Assembly: GCF_902459465.1 (NCBI RefSeq)
Contig: NC_047081.1
Location: 11,594,001-11,658,000 of the forward strand
DNA length: 64,000 nucleotides
Source: Asterias rubens
Taxonomy: Eukaryota
Direction: 5' to 3'
The notes beneath the pieces were generated by a model. That model ran no database searches. It was not told where the DNA came from and was given only the letters and a program-made list of their open reading frames with translations. Shown one piece after another: positions 24,101-34,155 of the stretch. Made by a program: the position numbers and the translations under genes. Within the stretch, counting starts at the first letter, position 1. Every line of letters begins with the position of its first letter.

Positions 24101-27100
24101 GTGGGACCTTACCTACTTCTGAATCAATGTGACCCGGGATTTATGTACGGTATCTGGTGTTCTTTTCATAACCAACACTATACACAAAATAGACTTATAC
24201 ATGGTGCTATTGCAAACCTAACCTTTCACGTTCGTCCAAAGAGAGATATTTTACCCAACAATATGAATCCCCTTTGCAGGTTTGATGTGGTTGCATATGA
24301 AAGTGTGCATGAAGAAAGGAGTGACCAAATACTTGTCTGATTTCGCCAATCTACACGAGATGGCAATTATCGCCCTCTTTCTAGCCATCTTCGTCCTTCA
24401 GTGGAACGGCAGGATACTCGTAAGCCAACTTTCAATATTTGGTTTTTATTGTGAGTTTGAGGGCTTGTTTGTGTTTCTGTTGATGCCAATTAGTCTGACA
24501 TTATTGCTATCAGTGTTTAATGGTTAGTATGAGTGTTTGAAGGCGTGTTTATAATGTGTTTTATGTTTTGCCACTGAACAACAGAACAGTGTGATGTTTT
24601 CGGGGACGCTAATAATTAAGTACGCCTCCATGGCTTGTCACCTCAGATAGAGCGTTTGGGCCTATCATCTTGTTTCATCCATGTTGAGATATTCCTTACT
24701 TGCTGTTTTAGTATACGTTAAAGCAAGTGATTACATTGTATATTTTTTCTGTTATAGTTTGGAGAGAATTTCATATTTACTCGTTCAAAACGTCAAGCAG
24801 TCCACAATCCAGCAGTCCACAATCCAGCAGTCAACAATCCTTACGCTGAGCTACGGGACCAAGTGGCACTCACCCTCAATGGTCTGCGTGAGAAACTTAA
24901 TGAGACTGTGGTGGTTGGTGTGAACAGGGCCGTCATGGGTGTGCTTTCAGGCTGCGGGCCGCTAATCACTTCGACCAACGCACCGATACCACCACTACCT
25001 CCGAAACTCCAAGATGCGTACGATCTGGACCCGTACGACCCGGAAGTAGTTGCAGAGGCTTTGTTTGGAATTGCCATCATGGTGTCGTTCTTGCGTCTTC
25101 TAAATCTCCTTCTGGTCAGTGACGTCTTCGGACCACTCCGCATTTCCCTTGGCGCCATGACAAATGACTTTTTGAAGTTTTTTGGAGTCTTCATCATAAT
25201 TTGGTTTTCATTCGCCGTGGGCCTGCACCAGACCTTCTACTCTGCCGGGGTGGCGACTAACAGGCAGTGCCTCAGCGAAGGTGGGGACCCAGACGTATGT
25301 TCAGAGCTGACTGGGTTTTCATCGTAAGTTGTTGATTACATTGTATTTTATTTGAATTGAAATAACGAGCCGAGGCTGCCAGGTAAAGGCAAAATTACAA
25401 ACAAAATTCATCAAAAAAGATGTGGCTTTTTAATAATATTCAACGTTGCATGTTCTGTTTTAACTGTAAAGTAAAATATGCCACATCTCTCGTGCCGTTG
25501 CCACCTACTCCTGTGGCTGAAACAGGGTTCCCCTTTACAGTCCATACGGATGTATAGGCTTGGGTATCATCCATCAGAAGCCTGGCCGGTACCTCCCAAC
25601 CTTACGAAGCATTCATGGTTGCATTATCTTCGATGCAGCTTGCCCTCACACAGCGTGGTTTAGGTTGGCGGTCGGGTTGGTGCAGTAGTGTCTTGCCTCG
25701 CCTTTCACCTCAGGTAGTGGAACCCTGGTTCGAATCCCACCGGTCACCGAGGGCACCATGTGGATTGGGTTTTCAGTCCCTACCTGACTACATGGGTTTC
25801 CCTTGAATAATTCTCTGGTGTTTTCCGGACATTATCTTCTCTTCTCGTTTGGAGAGGGTTGAGAATAATTTATCCAGATCCAGATCTAATCCTGTCCTTT
25901 CATTCTCACCGCATTACCGTACATCGACTTATTTTTTCACAATATTATTTTATATATTTTTAAATTATGAAAAAAAAAATAGGTCACCTCGGGGTTAAAT
26001 ATAATGTTTGGTTTTGGTGGGGTTTTTTTCATGCAGGGTGTTTGTCAGTTTGTACAACCTTTACTGGACCCTTTTCGGGAAGATTGGACTCGACATTCTC
26101 GTCATCCCGGGTCACCACGCTGTGGCTGAGATTGTCGCTACGTTACTCTTCCTTTGTTATCACATCGTGGCTGTTTTGATTCTCCTGAATGCTCTTATTG
26201 GTATGCTGTCCAATACCTACAACAGTATAGAGGTAAGTTATATTTTGTTCATTGCGTCGGTGTCTTCCTAAACCATGTCTCCAAATTGCGGAATATAGGA
26301 CATGGTAAGACACGTTCCTAGGAATGACTTATACTTACAACGGTAACGAAGTAAAGCATTCAATTCAGTTTACATTTATTGCCAAACTGTCAAACTTAAC
26401 ACAGCATTACATAATGCATTTACAGTGTAACAGTTGACAGGGGTGTTTTCAATCAAAGAAAATGAACAGTATGGAGGCCGACTTGAATTTCTCCCATAGA
26501 CATCAATGTTACCAAACCGAGGCTGGCAGAACAAAATAGTCTGGTTCCTTTTTGTAAAATTATTATTAGTATTAATGATTGTTATTCGATACGAGGAACA
26601 TGACCAAGATGGAGACAGCATGATAAAGTTCTGATATCCCTCTCTCTCTCTCTCTCACAGGAACAAGCAGATACTGAGTGGAAGTTCCACCGGGCAGCGG
26701 TGTGGGCAAACTACATGCAACCCGTTGGTACTCTCCCACCACCATTTAACTTGATTCCTTCCCTCAAGACCATGTACCGGAAATTCATTATGATTTACTC
26801 CATGGGGAAAAGTGGCAGGGAAAACGAGGCAAGTTATCCATACATGTACTGTTACAGATGGACTCCACACCACTTTAAAACTCACCTGCTTTTTTTTTCA
26901 AACTCAACTTTTACTTTTGTCAAAGACACTAGACACTATTGGTTATTGTCGAAGACCAGTCTTCTCACTTAAATTACAATTAATGGCCTTATAACACTAG
27001 GCAGACGCTATTTTGTTTGATAAAAGCATAATGAGTGTTAAATCATTTTTCCACTTTCAGAAAGAGTTGCATTCGAAGAAGGAATTGGAGGACTATACGG

Positions 27101-29791
27101 TGAGAATATTTTGTTGTATTTAAATGTTATATTATGTATTATTAAATATTCAACAAAACATAGGCCTGTCAGTCCAAAAACGTCACCAGCTCAAACGAAA
27201 TGTATAAAAATAAGGACATAAAAAGGCCGCTTCACCAAAAGGAGTGTGTCCCCTAATATTCCCATTATTTTAATACTGTTTGCTCTTGTACGAGTAAACC
27301 CCCCCCCCCCAAAAAAAAAAAGAAAAAAATACAACTACAGAAATTACACATAATTTGCACACAAAGAAAAACCAGACAAACAGTCATCATAAAGCAGACT
27401 AGAAAACCAGTAACTCAATCATGCAATAAATTATGATAACATCGAAATATAATTTTCATTGCATTTTGTTGTTTCCCGTCTATTAGCGGGTTTTGAAGCT
27501 CACTTGTAGCCGGTACGTTCAAGAGAATCTATCGGCCTCAGCACTGAACTCTGAGGGCTTGCGGCCAAGAGATTTACAAACCATGAGGAACGAAGTCAAG
27601 TCATTCAGGTAACGTTGTTGAACAAAATCCATTGGTTGTTGACTCGATGATTTATACCCAAGCTGGCAGAAGCAAACTTCAACTTGGCACTCAAATGGTA
27701 CTGTTGTTTCAACAATTCATAAGTAGCCAATCTTGAGAGAATGGCTCTTAAAATACATTGTCTTCAATTAATCGAAAATTTCGTTAAATTTCTTTTAAAG
27801 ATTCGCGACTGAAAGCCGACTACAGCAAATTGCTGGTTCTCTTAGCGTCTCAAATAAGAAGTCTCTTGACCTTAGCAAGAAGCTTGAAGACCTAATCCCA
27901 TTGGAAGACCATACCAAGGAGGTGTTGCGCAAGTTGGACGAGGTCATTTTGTTTACGTCAGATCTTGGAACCGGAGCAGTCGACGTAGACGGGGAACAGA
28001 ACTCCGTCATCCTAATGAAAGACACCATGATTGCGGATCTAACAGCCCAGCTGAGTGCTCTTCGCACAGAGAATGAAGAGATGGTAGTTGCCCACTCAGC
28101 CCAGAATTTAGAGCATGAGAGACGTCAGGCGAGTCTAGGTGACACCATCAATATCCTGCAAGGTCAAAGGTCAAACATGATGATTAACTTGGGAGGACTG
28201 AGTGAGGACAAGGAACGACTGGAGGCCGATGTGGAGAAACTGAATCAAGAGGTGATGCGACTCCAAACTATGATACCGGTTCCGAACGAGGAGGCGCCGA
28301 CACCAGAACCGACACCAGAACCGACACCCGTACGGTTGGGCTTCGTAGCGCGGGTCAAGAAGGGCATTGAAGTAGTTTTGAATAGCGAGGTAGGTAGTAA
28401 ACTTGTGTGTGGGTGTGGGTACACACATGCATTATGGAATAGTTTACCCATCCAAACCAGATACTCCAACAATGTCCCGGCCTTCAAACGGGCTCTCGAG
28501 ACCCACCTTGTTCACCTTTTTCTGGTCGACATCGTCTTCGTTCTTTCTTGTTTTCCTTCTTTCTATAGATATAGCGCCTTGTTTCATTTGGAGCTTTATA
28601 ACAGTTTTTATTATTCAATCCGGGGACTTATATAGAAAAGTTATAACAAACTAGATGACAATAGGGTGTCCGGTTGGGTAAAGGTCCCCAGTTAGAAAAG
28701 TGTCTGTTCAAACTAAAAGGTACAGTTGCCAAACAGTACAAACAAAAGAGGGACAATATTTTAGATCTCTGATTGAGGGTTTTACCCACTTGTATTTGCT
28801 ACAAAATAAAGTCATATCCCGATGCAAATTCAACATCTAGTTTGTTCTTCTTCTTCGTCAAGGCTGACTCATCAAACAAAACAAAAGAAGAACAGGTCTT
28901 GTCAGGGATCAACGAACGAGGTGCAAGCCCGGACAGTGATGCAGTGGCTATGCAAGGAGCGAGTCAACCTCCTAGCCAGGTAGACCAGGAACAAGTGAAA
29001 GACTTGGATGAATTGGAAGCAAAGCCGGACCCGGATGATGATCAACGGGAAGCTGCTGCAGGGGATACCGATCAACCACAAATAGGAATTTTCAAACGTA
29101 TCACAAGCAAAATAGAAGTAACGCTGGCCCCCAAAAAGGTATGATGTGATTTGCAATTAATACTGAGAATGGAAGTGCTGTAAACGTTTGTTATAAACGT
29201 GAGATTTGGTTCATTTCCCGGAAGCTGTTGGATTTTGGTATAATGTATAAGACTTTCCATCTGTACGTTAAATAAGCCGAAATTTGGCAAGTTTTGATAT
29301 CAAACTGTTTACTCTCAAAGAACTTTTCAAAACTTATAGAACTACATGTACATGTAGTCTGCGCCATGATACACCGTTATGCATCGTCCTTAACGGGCGG
29401 CTGTAGCTCTATATGCACGTGGTTAAAGAGTCTCGTGCTGTATAAAAAAAAATTATTTCGTGAACATGAAGTTCTAACTTGTAACTGTTTTCATTGTTAG
29501 GAACAGAAGGACCCATCAGCAAAAACCCCGATGCAAGAACCCGGAGCAGATGTTGAATTACCAAAGGAGCAGCCCGAACAGAGCTTGAGCCAAGAGGAAG
29601 TTCCAGGATCATGCTTAGAGTCTGGTGGTGATCAGCAATCAATAACTCCCGATGGACAGCTCGAGACGAATGACAGATCCGGTGGGAAACTGCCGTCGGT
29701 TGAACAGGAAGAAACTCCTGAACAACAGCAAGGTACGGAACCCGAACGGCAAGGACCGGAACCGGAGCAGTCTGATGAAGTGGAGGTATAA
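18147..29791 (+). CDS. TRPC-like cation channel, paralog B, ~1223 aa, 16 coding exons, long coiled-coil/acidic C-terminus
   Basis: Exons 18147-18483, 19613-19731, 20249-20356, 22045-22332, 22623-22730, 23119-23306, 23509-23645, 24280-24419, 24758-25323, 26037-26232, 26661-26828 (GC donor), 27061-27099, 27487-27608, 27801-28389, 28863-29138, 29501-29791 (3672 nt). Many exon sizes equal paralog A (119, 108, 188, 137, 140, 196, 39 nt). Same motifs: TPLLLAAQRNNF, FIAHPHSQ, LYWTLFG, EWKFHR, LPPPFNLIP. The last three exons are less certain. Confidence 0.87.
18821..19261. mobile_element. MITE with 8-bp TSD and subterminal CGTCAACTC repeats
   Basis: TIR GGTCCTACTACTTACCGTCAACTCGCCGTCAA / TTGACGGCGAGTTGACGGCAAGTAGTAGGACC. 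GTGTTGTT direct repeat at 18813-18820 and 19262-19269. Superfamily (hAT or Merlin-like) not determined. Confidence 0.8.
20029..20172 (+). repeat. Dispersed repeat family G
   Basis: GGAGG(T/C)AACGAAGGCGATTGCCTC.... Second copy at 20705-20861; truncated copy at 19786-19816 cut off by family B. More distant relatives probable near 49310-49430 and 56670-56822. Confidence 0.65.
20373..20585. mobile_element. Family A MITE, internally deleted
   Basis: TTAAAGACACTGGACA ... GTGTCCAATGCCTTTAA. Confidence 0.75.
21173..21983. mobile_element. Composite stack of TTAA-type elements (family C-like piece ~21596-21808 plus family A right half 21809-21983)
   Basis: Starts TTAAAGGG and ends GTGTCCACTGCCTTTAA. 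The middle resembles 52106-52375 and the reverse complement of 58290-58516. Confidence 0.6.
22327..22550. repeat. 111-bp tandem duplication including a splice donor
   Basis: GAAGAG|GTAGGTCGTAG at 22327 and 22438. Confidence 0.9.
23332..23462. mobile_element. Small MITE-like inverted repeat
   Basis: ACTAGACTAACCAGAAAC ... GTTTCTGGTCCCGTCTAGT. Confidence 0.45.
23861..24074. mobile_element. Family F MITE, CWG-target (PIF/Harbinger-type)
   Basis: CAG|GGCCCAATTTCATAGAGCTGCTAAGCAC ... GTGCTTAGCAGCTCTATGGAATTGTGCC|CAG. Relatives at 14899-15071, 46526-46711 and 55048-55177. Confidence 0.8.
25667..25830 (+). mobile_element. tRNA-derived SINE (second family)
   Basis: B-box GGTTCGAATCCC (25727-25738) and a body ending GAATAATTCTCTGG; a 3' fragment of the same family lies at 59864-59912. 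Confidence 0.65.
28429..28615 (+). mobile_element. 3' fragment of an L2/CR1-clade LINE
   Basis: Translates ALWNSLPIQTRYSNNVPAFKRALETHL, the typical LWNSLP...FK..LKTHLF ORF2 terminus, followed by a T-rich tail. Confidence 0.7.
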
Positions 29792-30118
29792 GCCGACGAA
29801 AGTCTGCAGTCCGCAGATGTAGACGATTCTACAAAAGAATAGCAACAACATGAACCGAGACAGAATGAGGCAAGTGACAGTTCTCAGTTTGCACTTACAG
29901 ATACTGTACATAGAGATACACATGAACACCAAGATGCTTATTAAACCGGTGTCCAGGGAAATCTGTCCGCCGAAAATTCTGTCCCCTATACGGGAAGTTA
30001 AAGTGGGCTGAAGATGATGATTCAAAAGAGGGCGGGCGCTACCAAAAAACAAACTAACATGGACGAATTTAGTGAGCGATGTGGCACGGTGTTGATATAA
30101 GTAGTAAGTAGTGCAATG

Positions 30119-30124
30119 AATAAA
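30119..30124 (+). terminator. AATAAA polyadenylation signal, probable for TRPC paralog B
   Basis: AATAAA ~330 nt after the stop at 29791, followed by T-rich sequence. Confidence 0.5.
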
Positions 30125-30883
30125 AGTTTTACATTTCCTTTTTTTTACTGGTCTTTATAATTCAGTTCAGTTCAGGGTACCTTAAACGTTAATTATCGTA
30201 CTGTAATAATATGGTGTTATACGATGTTTAAATTGTTTATTTTTAAAATTTGTTGCTTCATAAGTAAGCTAACATTTTTATTTTAGATTATGTATGTTAT
30301 ATTTGTTGTTATGTACATTAATTGTGATTTTTTTGAAGGGCCAACTAATGCTATAACAAGTTTTATAAAAACAATTAAATTACCAATATTTTTGTTTATT
30401 TTGGTGTGTGGGCATCATTCCTTTGACCTCAAACGCAGCTAATACTATTTTAACGGGATTGATACAATAATTAAACCTGTTTATCATGTGTGTTTTTCAT
30501 CTTTTAAATTTGATATTTTTATACTAATTTCCTTACTATTTACCGATCAGGAAATAAGGCCCCTACCTCAAGGTTTTGAAAAAATTGACAAAACATGTAC
30601 ACGTTTAATGTGGTATAATTCTTTATCCGAACGTGAAACAATAAGGCTCATGCTGGATGGACTAAGAACTTGTTCAGATCAGAATCAATCTACTGTTAGT
30701 TGTACATGTATTTGCACTACTTATCGACTACCACAGAAGGTTTTCCAGGTAATTAGAATTGGAAATGCATGTTCAACTATCAATTTGCAAGGTTTAACAA
30801 AACATTGTATGTTTTGTTCAGCATTTATTTTATAAACACATTAATAGATAAGTAGGATTTTAAACTTTGCATGGTGGAAGTAA

Positions 30884-31035
30884 ATATAAAAGTTTGCGGT
30901 AACACCATGTAATAACAATCTCTAAATGAGTTGGGGTGGTTCTGAAAAGAACCGTTGGAGCCAACGGTTCTTTTCAGAACCACCCCAACTCATTTAGAGA
31001 TTGTTATTACATGGTGTTACCGCAAACTTTTATAT
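30884..31035. repeat. Perfect inverted repeat, 75-bp arms, 2-nt loop
   Basis: 30884-30958 is the exact reverse complement of 30961-31035 (checked by eye). Confidence 0.9.
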
Positions 31036-31543
31036 ACATTAATATATAAGAAAGAATAACTACAACATGTACTTACCGGTTACAATAATGGTTTACTTCG
31101 GTTATCGGGTAGCATTTTTTACTTTTAAATTGAGAGTAAGTGAAATTGAGATAATAAACTTGCACTAGTCAACCATAATAATCTTAGTATTACATGTACA
31201 TTGTTCTCTTGTTTGTGAGGTACATATGTTTCAAAAACACATGTTTCTAAATCGCCACATGAATGTTAAAAAAAATCAGGGTTTTCTTTTGTCATCCGCC
31301 ATCAAAGGTTCAAGAAACACACTACAGTTTGATCGGTGGTGTGTTTAGGTTAGGCTGGCGGGTAAAACTGTGTTAAAAACTTCTCCTTGTGTTGGATCTG
31401 AAAAGAACCGATGGTTGACGTTGACAACTAATTCAAAGATTATCTTGTTCTACTTGGTGGAAGACCTTAATCGTGTTGATTTGCCACAATTTGCCTCACG
31501 AGAGGGCGCTATCATCCACGAACCGCTCTCACGACATCTCCCA

Positions 31544-31851
31544 AGACTACACATTCGATTGGGCAGTCTACATTAACTACCATACGCGTCGTAGCAGTCT
31601 ACATTAACTCGTGCGCCGATTGGCTGAGAGTCTACATTTAATTATCATAGTCTACATTGATTACCATAAAACGTTCGATCGCAACAAGTACACACGTCAC
31701 ACACGCTCGTGCAATCCATCCGCCGTCGTCCACTTCACAGTCTACATTAACTAGCCATTCGATTGGGCAGTCTACATTAATTACCATACGCGTCACAGCA
31801 ATTGGCTGGGAGTCTACATTAATTACCATAGTCTACATTGATTACCATAAA
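31544..31851 (+). repeat. AGTCTACATT motif array with ATTGG (reverse CCAAT) boxes
   Basis: AGTCTACATT at 31565, 31596, 31629, 31649, 31739, 31769, 31811 and 31830; inverted relatives at 35166-35262. Confidence 0.85.
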
Positions 31852-32557
31852 ATGTTTCAATAAACATGAGACTCGAGCCTTGTTTAACCAACCATGCACA
31901 GTCAGACACCAGAGAGCAAGGATCAGCAAGCTCAAGCAGTCGTTTCTTAGGTAAAACACCGCCCAAGTGTCCCCGATGTTGTGTATGATTGAAAGGTAAG
32001 GACATTGTGTGATGGTTTCCATGAGAATAACATCCTTTTTTACTCTAAATTTGAGTACAAAATCAGCGTAAGTCGGCGGAAAAAAATTGAGTGAGATCAT
32101 ATTAACCACACGTGTGTGTATTGTGTAACATGGTGTTTACTTTTTCCACTATCCCATCCCAGTTCAATGCACAGTGTGTGTGTACGCTGTGTACAGCGTG
32201 TACACTGCATACAATGGCGTCAAGAGTACATTGTACATGTACATGACATTGGTAATACATGTACTCATGTTCTAGAGAAGAACTGCAAAATGGCAACATA
32301 GTAAAAGACATGCATTGCTTGCAGTTGCAGGTGACAGCGAGCAGCAAGATTTCTTTTAAAAGGGCCCGCAAGTCCATCATAATTACCACAAAAATTAACA
32401 ACAGAATGTGCAAAGTGTATCATGTGATGATACTTCCAGGTGCATGTCATGCATGTTACGGTTTTCAAATAGCTATTAGGTAAAGGATGCGCACTACTTA
32501 CTACGCATGACGCACAGCATGAGTTTTGCTAACAGGTACTCCTGGAACTATGACTTG

Positions 32558-32611
32558 AGGTTCGTTCCACTATCGTCTCCACTAGTGGAGACGATAGCGG
32601 AGAACGAACCT
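32558..32611. repeat. Short hairpin with a perfect 26-bp palindromic core
   Basis: AGGTTCGTTC..TATCGTCTCCACTAGTGGAGACGATA..GAACGAACCT. Confidence 0.8.
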
Positions 32612-32689
32612 GATAGTTCTCGGAGTTAGCTAACGGTAGACCTATACTTACTACGTAGTATGTGATGTCAATTGCTCAAAAACCACAAT

Positions 32690-32846
32690 GGGTGCGTTCG
32701 TTTAGCTTCCCTGGGTCGACCCCAGTGTGTGTGGCGGGTTTTTTTTCCCAGGATGAACGTGGGTAATTATCTGTACACATTCGTCCTGGGAAAAGAAAAT
32801 GCCACACACCGGGGTCGACCCGGGGATCGAGCTAAACGAACGCCCC
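32690..32846. mobile_element. Palindromic MITE (GGGTGCGTTCG termini), copy 2
   Basis: Highly similar to 2894-3045. Confidence 0.8.
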
Positions 32847-33379
32847 ATTGTGGTAAATTGTGGCCATAAAGCGCCCTCACTGGGGTCAAAGGATCCAAAT
32901 CATTGGACGATAGATTTCTTTGTGCGTAGACACAAGAGCGTGACCTCAGCATTCCTGTAGCATTTCCTGTTAATGCAAATGGGTCTATTGCATATCTTAG
33001 GATATCATAATAATTGTTTGAAGACGACAAAATATCGCCTTCTTAAAATTACCGTGGTACAACAAAACAGTTGTTGCACGCTGTGAAGGGGATCCATGGT
33101 ATTTGATACACCCTCGGAGGCAAATGGCACTCTCGTCCCTCAGGTGCACAAAACACCATGGACCCCGGCGTCACAACATGCATCAATTGTATATTGTTTA
33201 TCACATGTTTCACTAAAATGTAGTTGCCAAATATAAAGACAAAGACAAGGTTTTTAGAATCCTATAAATGTAGATGAATAAAATAAAAAACTAACAAACA
33301 TGTAAACATATTCCATTTCAAAAGGTAGTCGCTTTTTCAATGTGGCCACAATTCAGGAGCTGTTGTGTCCACGCAGGAT

Positions 33380-33520
33380 ACATAATTCTAGACAGGAATA
33401 CTGTACACAGTCTAAGAAGTGTTACCGCAGAAACACTTCTCAGATTCAAATTTTGGGGCAAATAACTGAATATTACTTGACGACTTTACTTCAAAGTGAA
33501 ATGTTTCCCAAAATGCTTAT
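33380..33520 (+). repeat. Dispersed repeat family H
   Basis: Shares CAGAAAC..TTCTCAG.TTCAAATTTTGGGG...TTACTTCAAAGTGAA with ~37051-37186. Confidence 0.55.
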
Positions 33521-33962
33521 ACTAAAGCTGCTGTAGGCTTCAAACCAACAGTTCTTATTGGCATTAAAATTTTATGTTAACATGCGCGCTCAGGGAATAC
33601 GGAATAATTCATACACAAATCCAACAAGGCCAAAGGTCGAGTTCGATGTAAATTCCATGAGTTTGCTTGTGATAATGAATATCTTTAAGCAAACTTCAAG
33701 CTTGGCATGTGACGATCGATCAGCATTTGAGGCAAACGCAGCACTTTTGAATTTACATTAAATTTTTATAAGCTGTACGCTTAAATAATACGTTTGAATA
33801 GCTTGTAAAAGCGCAAAAGGCAGTTTAAACCCAGCAACACGCAGATTGTGATATAATGCAACATAAGTCTGTATCAAAATTCTTGGTGCTATTGATCCAC
33901 AAATCAACATCAAGGATTCAAGCCTATTATGAAGGTAAATAGGGATGTCACCAATTCGAGCT

Positions 33963-34155
33963 TAGTCTAGGTTCCTAGACCATTGGTGTTGCGTGGTCAC
34001 ACACAACCAACGTTCCGATTATGCACGACAAAAACTGTACACGCTTGTTATGAACGAACGCTAGCGGGCGCTCTGTTTCTCTGTTTCTCCGTGCATAGAT
34101 CGGAACGTTGGTTGTGTGTGACCGCGCAACAGCAATGATCTTGGAACCAAGACTA
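33963..34155. mobile_element. Fold-back MITE with exact 9-bp TSD (Mutator-like by TSD length)
   Basis: TAGTC...GACTA with ~60-bp TIRs. ATTCGAGCT at 33954-33962 and 34156-34164. Confidence 0.8.

Noticed and set aside
5474-29791. One TRPC copy being a pseudogene or an assembly haplotype duplicate
   Set aside because: Both splice into long open frames with conserved phases, and their protein sequences and introns are too diverged to be alleles.
31544-31851. CRISPR-like array of AGTCTACATT repeats
   Set aside because: Eukaryotic context, repeat core only ~10-20 nt, spacers irregular (19-90 nt) and themselves duplicated, and no cas genes.
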